Assembly: GCA_041498815.1 (NCBI GenBank)
Contig: JBGQJC010000006.1
Coordinates: 8,447 to 72,446 of the forward strand
Length of the DNA stretch: 64,000 bases
Origin: Alphaproteobacteria bacterium
GTDB lineage: Bacteria > Pseudomonadota > Alphaproteobacteria > DATDPM01
Direction of reading: 5' to 3'
Shown here: positions 42,357-50,494 of the stretch, one piece after another
Position numbering within the stretch: the stretch's first letter is position 1
Layout of the letters: every line of letters begins with the position of its first letter
The notes under the pieces: model-generated
Told to the model about the DNA's origin: nothing
The model's database searches: none
What the model saw: the letters and a program-made list of their open reading frames with translations, nothing else
Translations under genes and position numbers: made by a program

Positions 42357-43994
42357 ATGTTTGTGAAGGGGTCCAGGCTCACGAGCCTGGCGGGCGGCGC
42401 GGCATTTGGTCTCGCCGTTTGCGGCGTTTGCGCGAGCGCCGTGGCCGAGCAACCGGCTCGATCGAATACCGGAAGCGTGCAACAGGCGGCGGCGCCAAAC
42501 ACCCAGAAGAAGGGGGCGGTGCAACAAACCGCAGCACCAACGCAGCAGCCGGCCGCAGCGCCGGTGCCGCAGCAGGCGGCGGCGGATCAGCCGGCGCCCG
42601 CGGCATCGGATCCGGCGCTTTTACAGCGCCTGGACACCTTGGAGAAGACCGTCAATTCGCTGCAGAACGAGGTCATCACCACCAAGGCGCAGCAAGGATC
42701 GGCACCGAATTCCGACATCAAGGTCACGACCAAGGGCGGGATCAAGGTCGAATCGACCGACGGCCAATTTTCGAGCCAATTGTTCGGGCGGTTCCATTTC
42801 GACGGCAACTGGTTCGACCAGGACAAGTCGAAAATGGGCGATGGCCTGCAGGTCCGCCGCGCCCGCATTGGCGTGACCGGCAAGATGTTCGCGGACTGGA
42901 TGTACAAGGTCGAATACGATTTCGGCGGCAGCGTGAGCACCGCCGGCCTCAAGGAAGCTTGGATCAAATACGTCGGCTTAGACTCGGCCGAGTTCCTGGT
43001 CGGCAACGTGCCGGTGCCCTTCGGCCTCGAGCAGTACACCAGCGACAACTTCACCAGCTTTGTCGAGCGCGCCCTGCCCTCGCCGGTCTTCGCGCCGGAA
43101 CGACTCTTGGGCGGCGTCGGCGGCTATTACGACCCGAATTGGTCGTTCGCCGCGGGTGTTTACGGCAAAAAGGTGGATGACGCCCACGCAGGGGTTGGCG
43201 ACGATCAGACGGTATTCACGGCGCGCGGGACCCTTGATCCGATCAGTGACAAGACCAGGCTCGTGCATTTCGGCCTTGGTTTCCTGTGGGAGAATCCGTC
43301 AGACCAGCCCGTTACGTTTTCGACCAATCCGGAAGAAAACGTGTCGTCGATCAAGTTCCTCAGCACGGCGCTCTCGACCTCGGGGGCGGTTTCGAACGCA
43401 AGTCCGGGTCAGCTCACTGCGGTCGATCACCTTTATATGATCAATCCGGAGCTCGTCCTCATGTACGGGCCGGCGTCGCTCCAAGGCGAGTATTTCTATG
43501 TGCCGGTCACGCAAGGCCAGCACATCGCCCATGCCGCTGCGACCGGTGCCGCCTGCACCACCGTCGGGGGCGTTAGTGCAACGAATAGTCAGTGTCCAGA
43601 CGTGACGCTTTCCGGTTGGTATGCACAAGCGAGCTATTTCCTGACCGGTGAGTCCCGCAACTGGAACCCGAAATCCGCCAAGTGGGACCGGACGTCGATC
43701 AACCACAATTTGGGCAAGGACGGGTACGGGGCGGTCGAGCTCCTGGCGCGGATGAGCAATCTCGACTTCGACGACGGGCCGGCGTTCCAGAAGGGCACCG
43801 AGACGGATTACACGCTGGGCGTCAACTGGTACGTGAACCCGTACATCCGGTTCATGTTCAACTACATCTTCGTCCAGAACAACGCCTCGGCCCTCGGCAA
43901 CATAGCCAACCATGTGCCTGGCGCTGGAACACCCGCAAACGCCGGCTATGACGACCCGCGGATTTTCGAATTCCGGGCGCAAGTGGACTTCTAG
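42357..43994 (+). CDS. Phosphate-selective porin (OprO/OprP family)
   Basis: Signal peptide, coiled coil, RRARIG, PFGLEQYTS..F.ER, GWYAQASYFLTGE, GVNWY and a terminal Phe; Pho box upstream. Confidence 0.9.
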   Translation: MFVKGSRLTSLAGGAAFGLAVCGVCASAVAEQPARSNTGSVQQAAAPNTQKKGAVQQTAAPTQQPAAAPVPQQAAADQPAPAASDPALLQRLDTLEKTVNSLQNEVITTKAQQGSAPNSDIKVTTKGGIKVESTDGQFSSQLFGRFHFDGNWFDQDKSKMGDGLQVRRARIGVTGKMFADWMYKVEYDFGGSVSTAGLKEAWIKYVGLDSAEFLVGNVPVPFGLEQYTSDNFTSFVERALPSPVFAPERLLGGVGGYYDPNWSFAAGVYGKKVDDAHAGVGDDQTVFTARGTLDPISDKTRLVHFGLGFLWENPSDQPVTFSTNPEENVSSIKFLSTALSTSGAVSNASPGQLTAVDHLYMINPELVLMYGPASLQGEYFYVPVTQGQHIAHAAATGAACTTVGGVSATNSQCPDVTLSGWYAQASYFLTGESRNWNPKSAKWDRTSINHNLGKDGYGAVELLARMSNLDFDDGPAFQKGTETDYTLGVNWYVNPYIRFMFNYIFVQNNASALGNIANHVPGAGTPANAGYDDPRIFEFRAQVDF

Positions 43995-44015
43995 GACATC
44001 CCCACGGCTTCCCCC

Positions 44016-44055
44016 AGGGGCCCCGCCGCGCGATCGCGGGGCCCCTTTTTCTTTC
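44016..44055 (+). terminator. Intrinsic terminator after the porin
   Basis: AGGGGCCCCGC-N9-GCGGGGCCCCT followed by TTTTCTTTC. Confidence 0.85.
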
Positions 44056-44124
44056 TTCGAGCCATCGCAAAAAACTCAGGATTGTCAATAGTTTAGATCT
44101 GATGTGACGGGCCGATGGAAGCCA

Positions 44125-44164
44125 CTGTCATAAAATCGTGACAAAACGGTAGTAATCCGGTCGC
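44125..44164 (+). promoter_or_regulatory. Extended Pho box array upstream of pstS
   Basis: Units at 11-nt period: CTGTCAT-AAAA-TCGTGAC-AAAA-CGGTAGT-AATC-CGGTCGC. Confidence 0.75.
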
Positions 44165-44264
44165 AGGCCGTGGGTAGAAGGGCTTGCGGGAGCAAGCCGA
44201 GCCGGTCATCGCCCGGTCTGCGGGCCCCCGATCGTCCCACCCTCGAACGCTCAGGAGATAAATC

Positions 44265-45311
44265 GTGAAACGCAGCACCATCGCATTGGCCGTCCTCACC
44301 ATTGCCGCTCTTGCGGGCGCATCGGCCCCGGCCGAGGCGCGCGATCAAATCCGAATGGTTGGCTCCTCCACCGTCTACCCGTTCGCAACTTCGGTCGCCG
44401 AGCAATTCGGCAAGACCAGCGGCTTCAAGACTCCGGTCGTGGAATCGACCGGGACCGGCGGCGGCCTCAAGATTTTCTGCCAAGGCGTTGGGGTCGACCA
44501 AGCCGACATCAGTAACGCCTCGCGGCGAATCAAACAGTCCGAGGTCGACGCCTGCGCCAAAAACGGCGTCACCCAAATTACCGAGATCAAGATCGGCTTC
44601 GATGGCATCGTGATCGCCAATTCCAAGAAAGCGGCAAAGACCAGTCTTACCTTGCGCCAGCTTTGGCTGGGGCTTGCCAAACAAGTACCGGCCGACGACA
44701 AGGGCAGCGCTTTCAAGCCCAATCCCTACAAGATGTGGAGCGACATTGATCCCGCTCTTCCCAAGGTGAAAATCGAGGTTTTGGGTCCGCCGCCCACCTC
44801 GGGCACCCGCGACGCCCTGGCTGAAGTGGCGTTCGAAAAAGGATGCCTGACCTTCCCCGCAATCGAGGATCTGAAGAAATCGGACGAGGCAAAGTTCAAA
44901 GACGTTTGCCACGCGGTCCGCGAGGACGGCGCCTATATCGAGGCGGGTGAAAACGACATATTGATCGTTCAAAAGCTCGAAGCCGATCAAAGCGCCTATG
45001 GTATTTTCGGTTACAGCTTCCTCGAACAGAACCGCGACCAAATCCAGGGCAGCGCCGTGGATGGAGTCGATCCGACCTACGAGACTATCTCAAGCGCGAA
45101 GTATCCAATCTCGCGTCCCCTGTTCTTCTACGTCAAGAATGCTCACATCGGTGCGATCCCCGGCATCAAGGAATACATCGCCGAGTTCACGGGCGAAAAG
45201 GCTTGGGGTCCGGACGGATACCTGGTGTCAAAGGGCCTGATCCCGCTGCCCGACGCGGAGCGCAAGGAATGGCACGAGAAGGCGGCAAAATTGGCGCCGC
45301 TTACGATGTAG
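44265..45311 (+). CDS. pstS: Phosphate ABC transporter substrate-binding protein
   Basis: GSSTVYPF, ESTGTGGG, NASR and GPPPTSGTRD motifs; AGGAGA ribosome-binding site, GTG start. Confidence 0.96.
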   Translation: MKRSTIALAVLTIAALAGASAPAEARDQIRMVGSSTVYPFATSVAEQFGKTSGFKTPVVESTGTGGGLKIFCQGVGVDQADISNASRRIKQSEVDACAKNGVTQITEIKIGFDGIVIANSKKAAKTSLTLRQLWLGLAKQVPADDKGSAFKPNPYKMWSDIDPALPKVKIEVLGPPPTSGTRDALAEVAFEKGCLTFPAIEDLKKSDEAKFKDVCHAVREDGAYIEAGENDILIVQKLEADQSAYGIFGYSFLEQNRDQIQGSAVDGVDPTYETISSAKYPISRPLFFYVKNAHIGAIPGIKEYIAEFTGEKAWGPDGYLVSKGLIPLPDAERKEWHEKAAKLAPLTM

Positions 45312-45316
45312 GAAGG

Positions 45317-45357
45317 GAGGCCGGCTGTCCGACGCGCGGCGGCCGGCCTCGCCTTTT
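45317..45357 (+). terminator. pstS 3' stem-loop (partial terminator or mRNA stabiliser)
   Basis: GAGGCCGGCTGTC-N8-GGCGGCCGGCCTC followed by GCCTTTT. Confidence 0.6.
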
Positions 45358-45413
45358 CGGCGACGACATGCCGCTGGTGTTCCGCCTGTAAAGCCGCCAA
45401 TCCAAAAAGAACC

Positions 45414-46796
45414 ATGCAGCTTGTCACCCTCGTCGCCGCACTTCTAATTCTTTCCGCGATCGGTTTTTATGCCGGCCGCGACCGGGCGCTTGCCTCCGTC
45501 GGCGGCGTGGTGCGGCGGCTTCACTCGCTCCCCAATCATTATGGCTTTTACGTTGCGCTTTGGTGCGGCCTCCCAGCTTTAATACTGCTTGCGGGCTGGC
45601 TTGTCTTCGAACCCGTCGTCATCAAGCATATGGTCGCGGCGGCGCTATCGCCCGAGCATCAGGCACTTCCTCCGGACAAGCTGGACCTGTTGCTCAACGA
45701 CGTCCGCAACGTCGCAACCGGAGCCGCGACGGCGCAAGCTGTTGCGCCGGACGTCGCCGCCGCCGCCGAGCGTTATCTATCCTTGCACAGCATCGGTTCC
45801 ATCGCCCTCGCAGTCGTCGCCTTTTTGATTGCCGCCGGCGGAGCCGCGCTGGGTTGGCGGCGTGTCTCGCCGACCCTTCGGGCGCGTAACGAGGTTGAGC
45901 GAACGATCAAGGTGCTTTTGATCTTGAGTTCGACCGTCGCCATATTCACCACCATCGGGATCGTGTTGTCGCTTCTATTCGAAGCCTTGCGATTCTTCAA
46001 GGTTGTGCCTTTCTTCGATTTTTTATTCGGCCTTTCCTGGAGCCCGCAGATGGCGATCCGCGCGGACCAGGTCGGGGCCTCAGGTGCTTTCGGCGCGGTG
46101 CCGGTCTTCGCCGGCACCCTGATGATCAGTACGGTGGCGATGTTGGTCGCCGTCCCGATCGGGCTGTTTTCGGCGACCTATCTGTCCGAATACGCCCCGC
46201 CGCGGGTCCGGACGACGGTGAAGCCGATGCTCGAAATTCTGGCCGGTGTTCCAACCGTCGTTTACGGCTTCTTCGCAGCGCTCACTGTTGCGCCTTTCTT
46301 CCGCGACACGGGCGCCACCCTCGGCATTACGGTGTCCTCCGAGAGCGCCGCCGCCGCCGGCCTCGTGATGGGGGTGATGATCATCCCCTTCGTCTCCTCG
46401 ATTTCGGACGACATCATCACCGCGGTGCCGCAAAGCCTGCGCGACGGTTCCTATGCTCTGGGCGCCACGCGGTCGGAAACCATCCGCCAAGTGGTCTTGC
46501 CGGCGGCGTTGCCGGGAATCGTGGCTGGCGTGCTTCTGGCCGTATCGCGCGCGATCGGCGAAACCATGATCGTGGTCATGGCGGCGGGGTTGGCCGCGAA
46601 TCTCACCGCCAATCCGTTCGCGTCGATGACCACCGTCACCGTGCAGATCGTAACGCTCTTGATAGGCGACCAGGAGTTCGACAGCCCGAAAACTTTGGTC
46701 GCATTTGCGCTCGGGTTGGTTCTATTCGGTGTCACGCTTTCGCTCAACGTGATCGCACTTCTGGTCGTCCGCCGGTATCGGGAGCAGTATGAATGA
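45414..46796 (+). CDS. pstC: Phosphate ABC transporter permease
   Basis: LEILAGVPTVVYG and SRAIGETMIV motifs. Confidence 0.96.
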   Translation: MQLVTLVAALLILSAIGFYAGRDRALASVGGVVRRLHSLPNHYGFYVALWCGLPALILLAGWLVFEPVVIKHMVAAALSPEHQALPPDKLDLLLNDVRNVATGAATAQAVAPDVAAAAERYLSLHSIGSIALAVVAFLIAAGGAALGWRRVSPTLRARNEVERTIKVLLILSSTVAIFTTIGIVLSLLFEALRFFKVVPFFDFLFGLSWSPQMAIRADQVGASGAFGAVPVFAGTLMISTVAMLVAVPIGLFSATYLSEYAPPRVRTTVKPMLEILAGVPTVVYGFFAALTVAPFFRDTGATLGITVSSESAAAAGLVMGVMIIPFVSSISDDIITAVPQSLRDGSYALGATRSETIRQVVLPAALPGIVAGVLLAVSRAIGETMIVVMAAGLAANLTANPFASMTTVTVQIVTLLIGDQEFDSPKTLVAFALGLVLFGVTLSLNVIALLVVRRYREQYE

Positions 46797-48100
46797 CCAC
46801 AGCTGTGCCAACATCGGCCGCAGGCGAGCCGCGCAAGGCGGCGGCCGACGCCCGCGTGAGGCGCCGTTACCGCGCAGAGCGGCGGTTCCGCGCCTATGGA
46901 TTGATTTCGGTTGCGACCGCGTTGTGCTTCCTCGCCTTGCTCTTTGTCACCATCGTCGGCAAAGGGTACACCGCCTTTACACAGACCGAGATCCTGTTGC
47001 CGATCACTTTCGACCCTGCCGTCCTCGGTATCGAGGGCGCACCCGACACGGCGAAACTCGGATCGGCCGATTACGGCGCCGCCGTGAAGACCGCGTTGCG
47101 CGCGGCGTTCCCGGAGCTTACGACGCGAGAAGACAGGCGTGCCCTGTACGAGATCGTGAGCGGAAGCGCTGATTACGAGCTGCGCGCCTTCGCGCTGCGC
47201 GAACCCGCGGTGATTGGGACGACTCGCAATGTCTGGCTGCCCGCTTCCGATCATATTGACGTGTTCATAAAGGGCCACATGAGCGGCAGCGTCGCGGAAA
47301 GCGACCGCCAATTGAGCGACAAACAGGTCGCTTGGATCAATTCCTTGCGCGACAAAGGCGCCGTCGCCCGGCATTTCAATTGGCGCTTTTTCGTCAACGG
47401 CGACTCGCGCGAACCCGAACAGGCGGGAATCCTGGGCGCCGTGGTTGGCTCGTTCCTGACTCTCGTTGTTACGCTGGTGCTGGCCTTTCCGATCGGCGTC
47501 ATGGCGGCCGTCTATCTCGAGGAGTTCGCACCCAAGAACCTCTGGACCGACCTCATCGAAGTCAACATCAACAATCTGGCGGCGGTTCCCAGCATCGTAT
47601 TCGGTTTGTTGGGCCTTGCCGTGTTCATCAATTTCTTCGGTTTGCCGCGCTCGGCACCCCTGGTCGGCGGAATGGTCCTCGCCCTCCTCGTGCTTCCGAC
47701 CATCATCATTACCGGCCGTGCCGCCCTTAAATCGGTTCCGCCGTCGATTCGCGAAGCGGCGCTCGGGATCGGAGCAAGTCATATGCAGATGATCACGCAT
47801 CATGTGCTTCCCGTAGCGATGCCGGGAATTCTGACCGGAACCATCATCGGCATGGCGCACGCGCTGGGCGAAAGCGCTCCCCTGCTCATGGTCGGGATGG
47901 TGGCTTTCGTCGTCGATATGCCGCACGGCGTCTTCGATCCGGCCACGGTTTTGCCGGTCCAAGTCTATATGTGGGCCGACAGCCCCGAACGCGCCTTCGT
48001 CGAGCGCACCAGCGCCGCAATCCTGGTTTTGCTTGCATTCCTTTTTGTCATGAACAGCCTGGCGATTTTCCTCCGGCACAAGTTCGAAAGGCGGTGGTAA
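46793..48100 (+). CDS. pstA: Phosphate ABC transporter permease
   Basis: [21 protein letters not shown] and GESAPL motifs. Confidence 0.96.
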   Translation: MTTAVPTSAAGEPRKAAADARVRRRYRAERRFRAYGLISVATALCFLALLFVTIVGKGYTAFTQTEILLPITFDPAVLGIEGAPDTAKLGSADYGAAVKTALRAAFPELTTREDRRALYEIVSGSADYELRAFALREPAVIGTTRNVWLPASDHIDVFIKGHMSGSVAESDRQLSDKQVAWINSLRDKGAVARHFNWRFFVNGDSREPEQAGILGAVVGSFLTLVVTLVLAFPIGVMAAVYLEEFAPKNLWTDLIEVNINNLAAVPSIVFGLLGLAVFINFFGLPRSAPLVGGMVLALLVLPTIIITGRAALKSVPPSIREAALGIGASHMQMITHHVLPVAMPGILTGTIIGMAHALGESAPLLMVGMVAFVVDMPHGVFDPATVLPVQVYMWADSPERAFVERTSAAILVLLAFLFVMNSLAIFLRHKFERRW

Positions 48101-48101
48101 A

Positions 48102-49010
48102 ATGGATACGGTATTGGCGGCGCCCGACGTGGCGGCGCTTTTGCGAGTGAACTTGGCCCCGAACGAGGCCCCCGCGATGCACGATCCCGGCTTTGCCGCC
48201 AAACCCGCCGAGGCCCCGGCCAAGCCGGAGCCGCGCGCGGCGGCCTCGCTCCCGCCGGCCAAGATCGTGGCGCGCGGCGTCAACGTGTTTTATGGCGAGG
48301 CGCACGCCCTCAAGAACGTCAACCTCGACATCACCAAGAACGAGGTGACGGCCTTGATCGGGCCTTCGGGCTGCGGCAAGTCCACGTTCCTGCGCTGCCT
48401 CAACCGCATGAACGACACCATCGAGAACTGCACGGTGACCGGCACCGTGACGCTCGACGGAGAGGACATCTACGAATCCGATCTCGACGTCGTGCAGCTT
48501 CGGGCCCGCATCGGCATGGTCTTTCAAAAGCCCAATCCATTCCCCAAATCCGTGTATGACAACGTGGCCTACGGCGCGCGCATCCACGGGCTGGCGGCAA
48601 CCCGGGCGGATCTCGACGAGATCGTGACGACAAGCTTGAAGAAAGCCGGGCTCTGGGGCGAGGTATTCGACCGCCTCGAATCCCCGGGCACCAGTCTTTC
48701 GGGGGGCCAGCAGCAGCGCCTGTGCATCGCGCGCGCCATCGCCGTCAACCCCGAGGTCATCTTGATGGACGAGCCGTGCTCGGCCTTGGACCCGATCGCC
48801 ACCGCCCGGATCGAAGAGTTGATGGACGAATTGCGCGAGAATTACACGATCGTGATCGTCACCCATTCGATGCAGCAGGCGGCGCGCGTGTCCCAGCGCA
48901 CGGCCTTCTTCCATCTCGGCGAGATCATCGAATACGGCCCGACCGAACAGGTCTTCACCAGCCCGAAGGACGAGCGCACCCAAGGCTATATCACCGGACG
49001 TTTCGGTTAA
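48102..49010 (+). CDS. pstB: Phosphate ABC transporter ATPase
   Basis: [27 protein letters not shown] and YITGRFG motifs. Start could be at 48177. Confidence 0.96.
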   Translation: MDTVLAAPDVAALLRVNLAPNEAPAMHDPGFAAKPAEAPAKPEPRAAASLPPAKIVARGVNVFYGEAHALKNVNLDITKNEVTALIGPSGCGKSTFLRCLNRMNDTIENCTVTGTVTLDGEDIYESDLDVVQLRARIGMVFQKPNPFPKSVYDNVAYGARIHGLAATRADLDEIVTTSLKKAGLWGEVFDRLESPGTSLSGGQQQRLCIARAIAVNPEVILMDEPCSALDPIATARIEELMDELRENYTIVIVTHSMQQAARVSQRTAFFHLGEIIEYGPTEQVFTSPKDERTQGYITGRFG

Positions 49011-49036
49011 ACGACGCCGGTTAAAGGAGCGAACCC

Positions 49037-49783
49037 ATGGACTCCGAACACATCGTCAAGGCCTATGACGAGGAACTGCGCCACCTGAACCGCACCATCA
49101 TGGAGATGGGCGGGATCGCGGAGCAGCAGATTTCGGCCGCGATCCAGGCGGTGATGACGCGCGACTCCGATCTTGCCGCCGGCGTCGTCGCGGAAGACGA
49201 CCGGGTGGACGAGCTGGAACACGAAGTTGCGAGCTTTTCGGTGCGGCTCCTGGCGTTGCGCCAGCCGATGGCGGGGGATTTGCGCAACATCATCGCCGCG
49301 CTCAAGGTCTCGAGCGACATCGAACGCATCGCCGACTATGCGGTGAACATGGCCAAGCGCGCGATGGCACTCAACATGACGGCCATTGTTACGCCGGTGG
49401 CGCGCATCCCGCGCATGGGCAAGCTCGTCCAGGCCATGGTCAAGGACGTGCTCGATGCCTATGTCGAGCGCGACGTGGAAAAGGCGATGAACGTATGGGA
49501 GCACGACAAGGACGTGGACGACATGTACGACAGCCTGTTCCGCGAACTGTTGACCTACATGATGGAGGACCCGCGGAGCATCACCTCTTGCACCCATCTG
49601 CTGTTCATCGCCAAGAACATCGAGCGCATCGGCGACCATGCCACCAACATCGCCGAGGACATCTACTATCTCGTCCACGGCAAGCCCTGGCACAAGGCAC
49701 GGCCCAAGGGCGAAGAAGGTATCTTCCTTCCGCCCGGCTTCGGTCCCAAGCCCGGCAAGAAGGAAGCCGCGAACCGGAAGTGA
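49037..49783 (+). CDS. phoU: Phosphate signalling protein PhoU
   Basis: RQPMAGDLR, DIERIAD and ERIGDHATNIAE motifs. Confidence 0.96.
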   Translation: MDSEHIVKAYDEELRHLNRTIMEMGGIAEQQISAAIQAVMTRDSDLAAGVVAEDDRVDELEHEVASFSVRLLALRQPMAGDLRNIIAALKVSSDIERIADYAVNMAKRAMALNMTAIVTPVARIPRMGKLVQAMVKDVLDAYVERDVEKAMNVWEHDKDVDDMYDSLFRELLTYMMEDPRSITSCTHLLFIAKNIERIGDHATNIAEDIYYLVHGKPWHKARPKGEEGIFLPPGFGPKPGKKEAANRK

Positions 49784-50475
49784 CGCGACCCGTGATCCTG
49801 GTCATCGAAGACGAAGGGGCGATCGTCACCCTCCTGCGCTACAACCTCGAGCGGGAGGGTTTCGAGGTGGCGGTTGCCCGCGACGGCGAGGAAGGTTTGG
49901 CGGCACTTGCCGAGCGCAGGCCCGAGCTCGTCGTCATCGATTGGATGTTGCCCTATGTCTCGGGGCTTGAGCTGTGCCGGCAGATACGGCGCCGGCCCGA
50001 GACCCGGAACTTGCCGATCATCATGCTGACGGCCCGCGGCGAAGAGGCGGATCGGGTGCGCGGCCTCGATGCGGGGGCCGATGATTACGTCGCCAAACCG
50101 TTTTCCCCCACCGAATTCGTGGCGCGCGTGCGCGCGGTATTACGCCGGTCCAGCCCCTCGTTCGGCCAGGAGACTCTGGCCTTCGCAGACATCGTGATGG
50201 ATCTGGGATCGCACCGGGTGCGCCGGGGCGGCGCCGGCATCCATCTCGGCCCGACCGAGTTCCGCTTGCTGCGGCATCTCATGGAAAATCCCGGCCGGGT
50301 GTTCTCGCGCGAGCAGCTATTGGATGCGGTGTGGGGCCGCGACGTGTTCGTCGGCCCGCGCACGGTCGATACCCATATCCGGCGCCTGCGCCGGGCACTC
50401 TCGGCCGACGGGCGCACCGATCCCATCCGCACCGTGCGCTCGGCCGGATACGGTCTCGACGCGGAGGTGGCTTAA
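49780..50475 (+). CDS. phoB: Phosphate regulon response regulator
   Basis: DWMLP, MLTARGEE, LGPTEFRLL, RTVDTHIRRLR and RTVRSAGY motifs; GTGA overlap with phoU. Confidence 0.95.
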   Translation: MTRPVILVIEDEGAIVTLLRYNLEREGFEVAVARDGEEGLAALAERRPELVVIDWMLPYVSGLELCRQIRRRPETRNLPIIMLTARGEEADRVRGLDAGADDYVAKPFSPTEFVARVRAVLRRSSPSFGQETLAFADIVMDLGSHRVRRGGAGIHLGPTEFRLLRHLMENPGRVFSREQLLDAVWGRDVFVGPRTVDTHIRRLRRALSADGRTDPIRTVRSAGYGLDAEVA

Positions 50476-50494
50476 GAGCAGCCGCCCACGGCCG

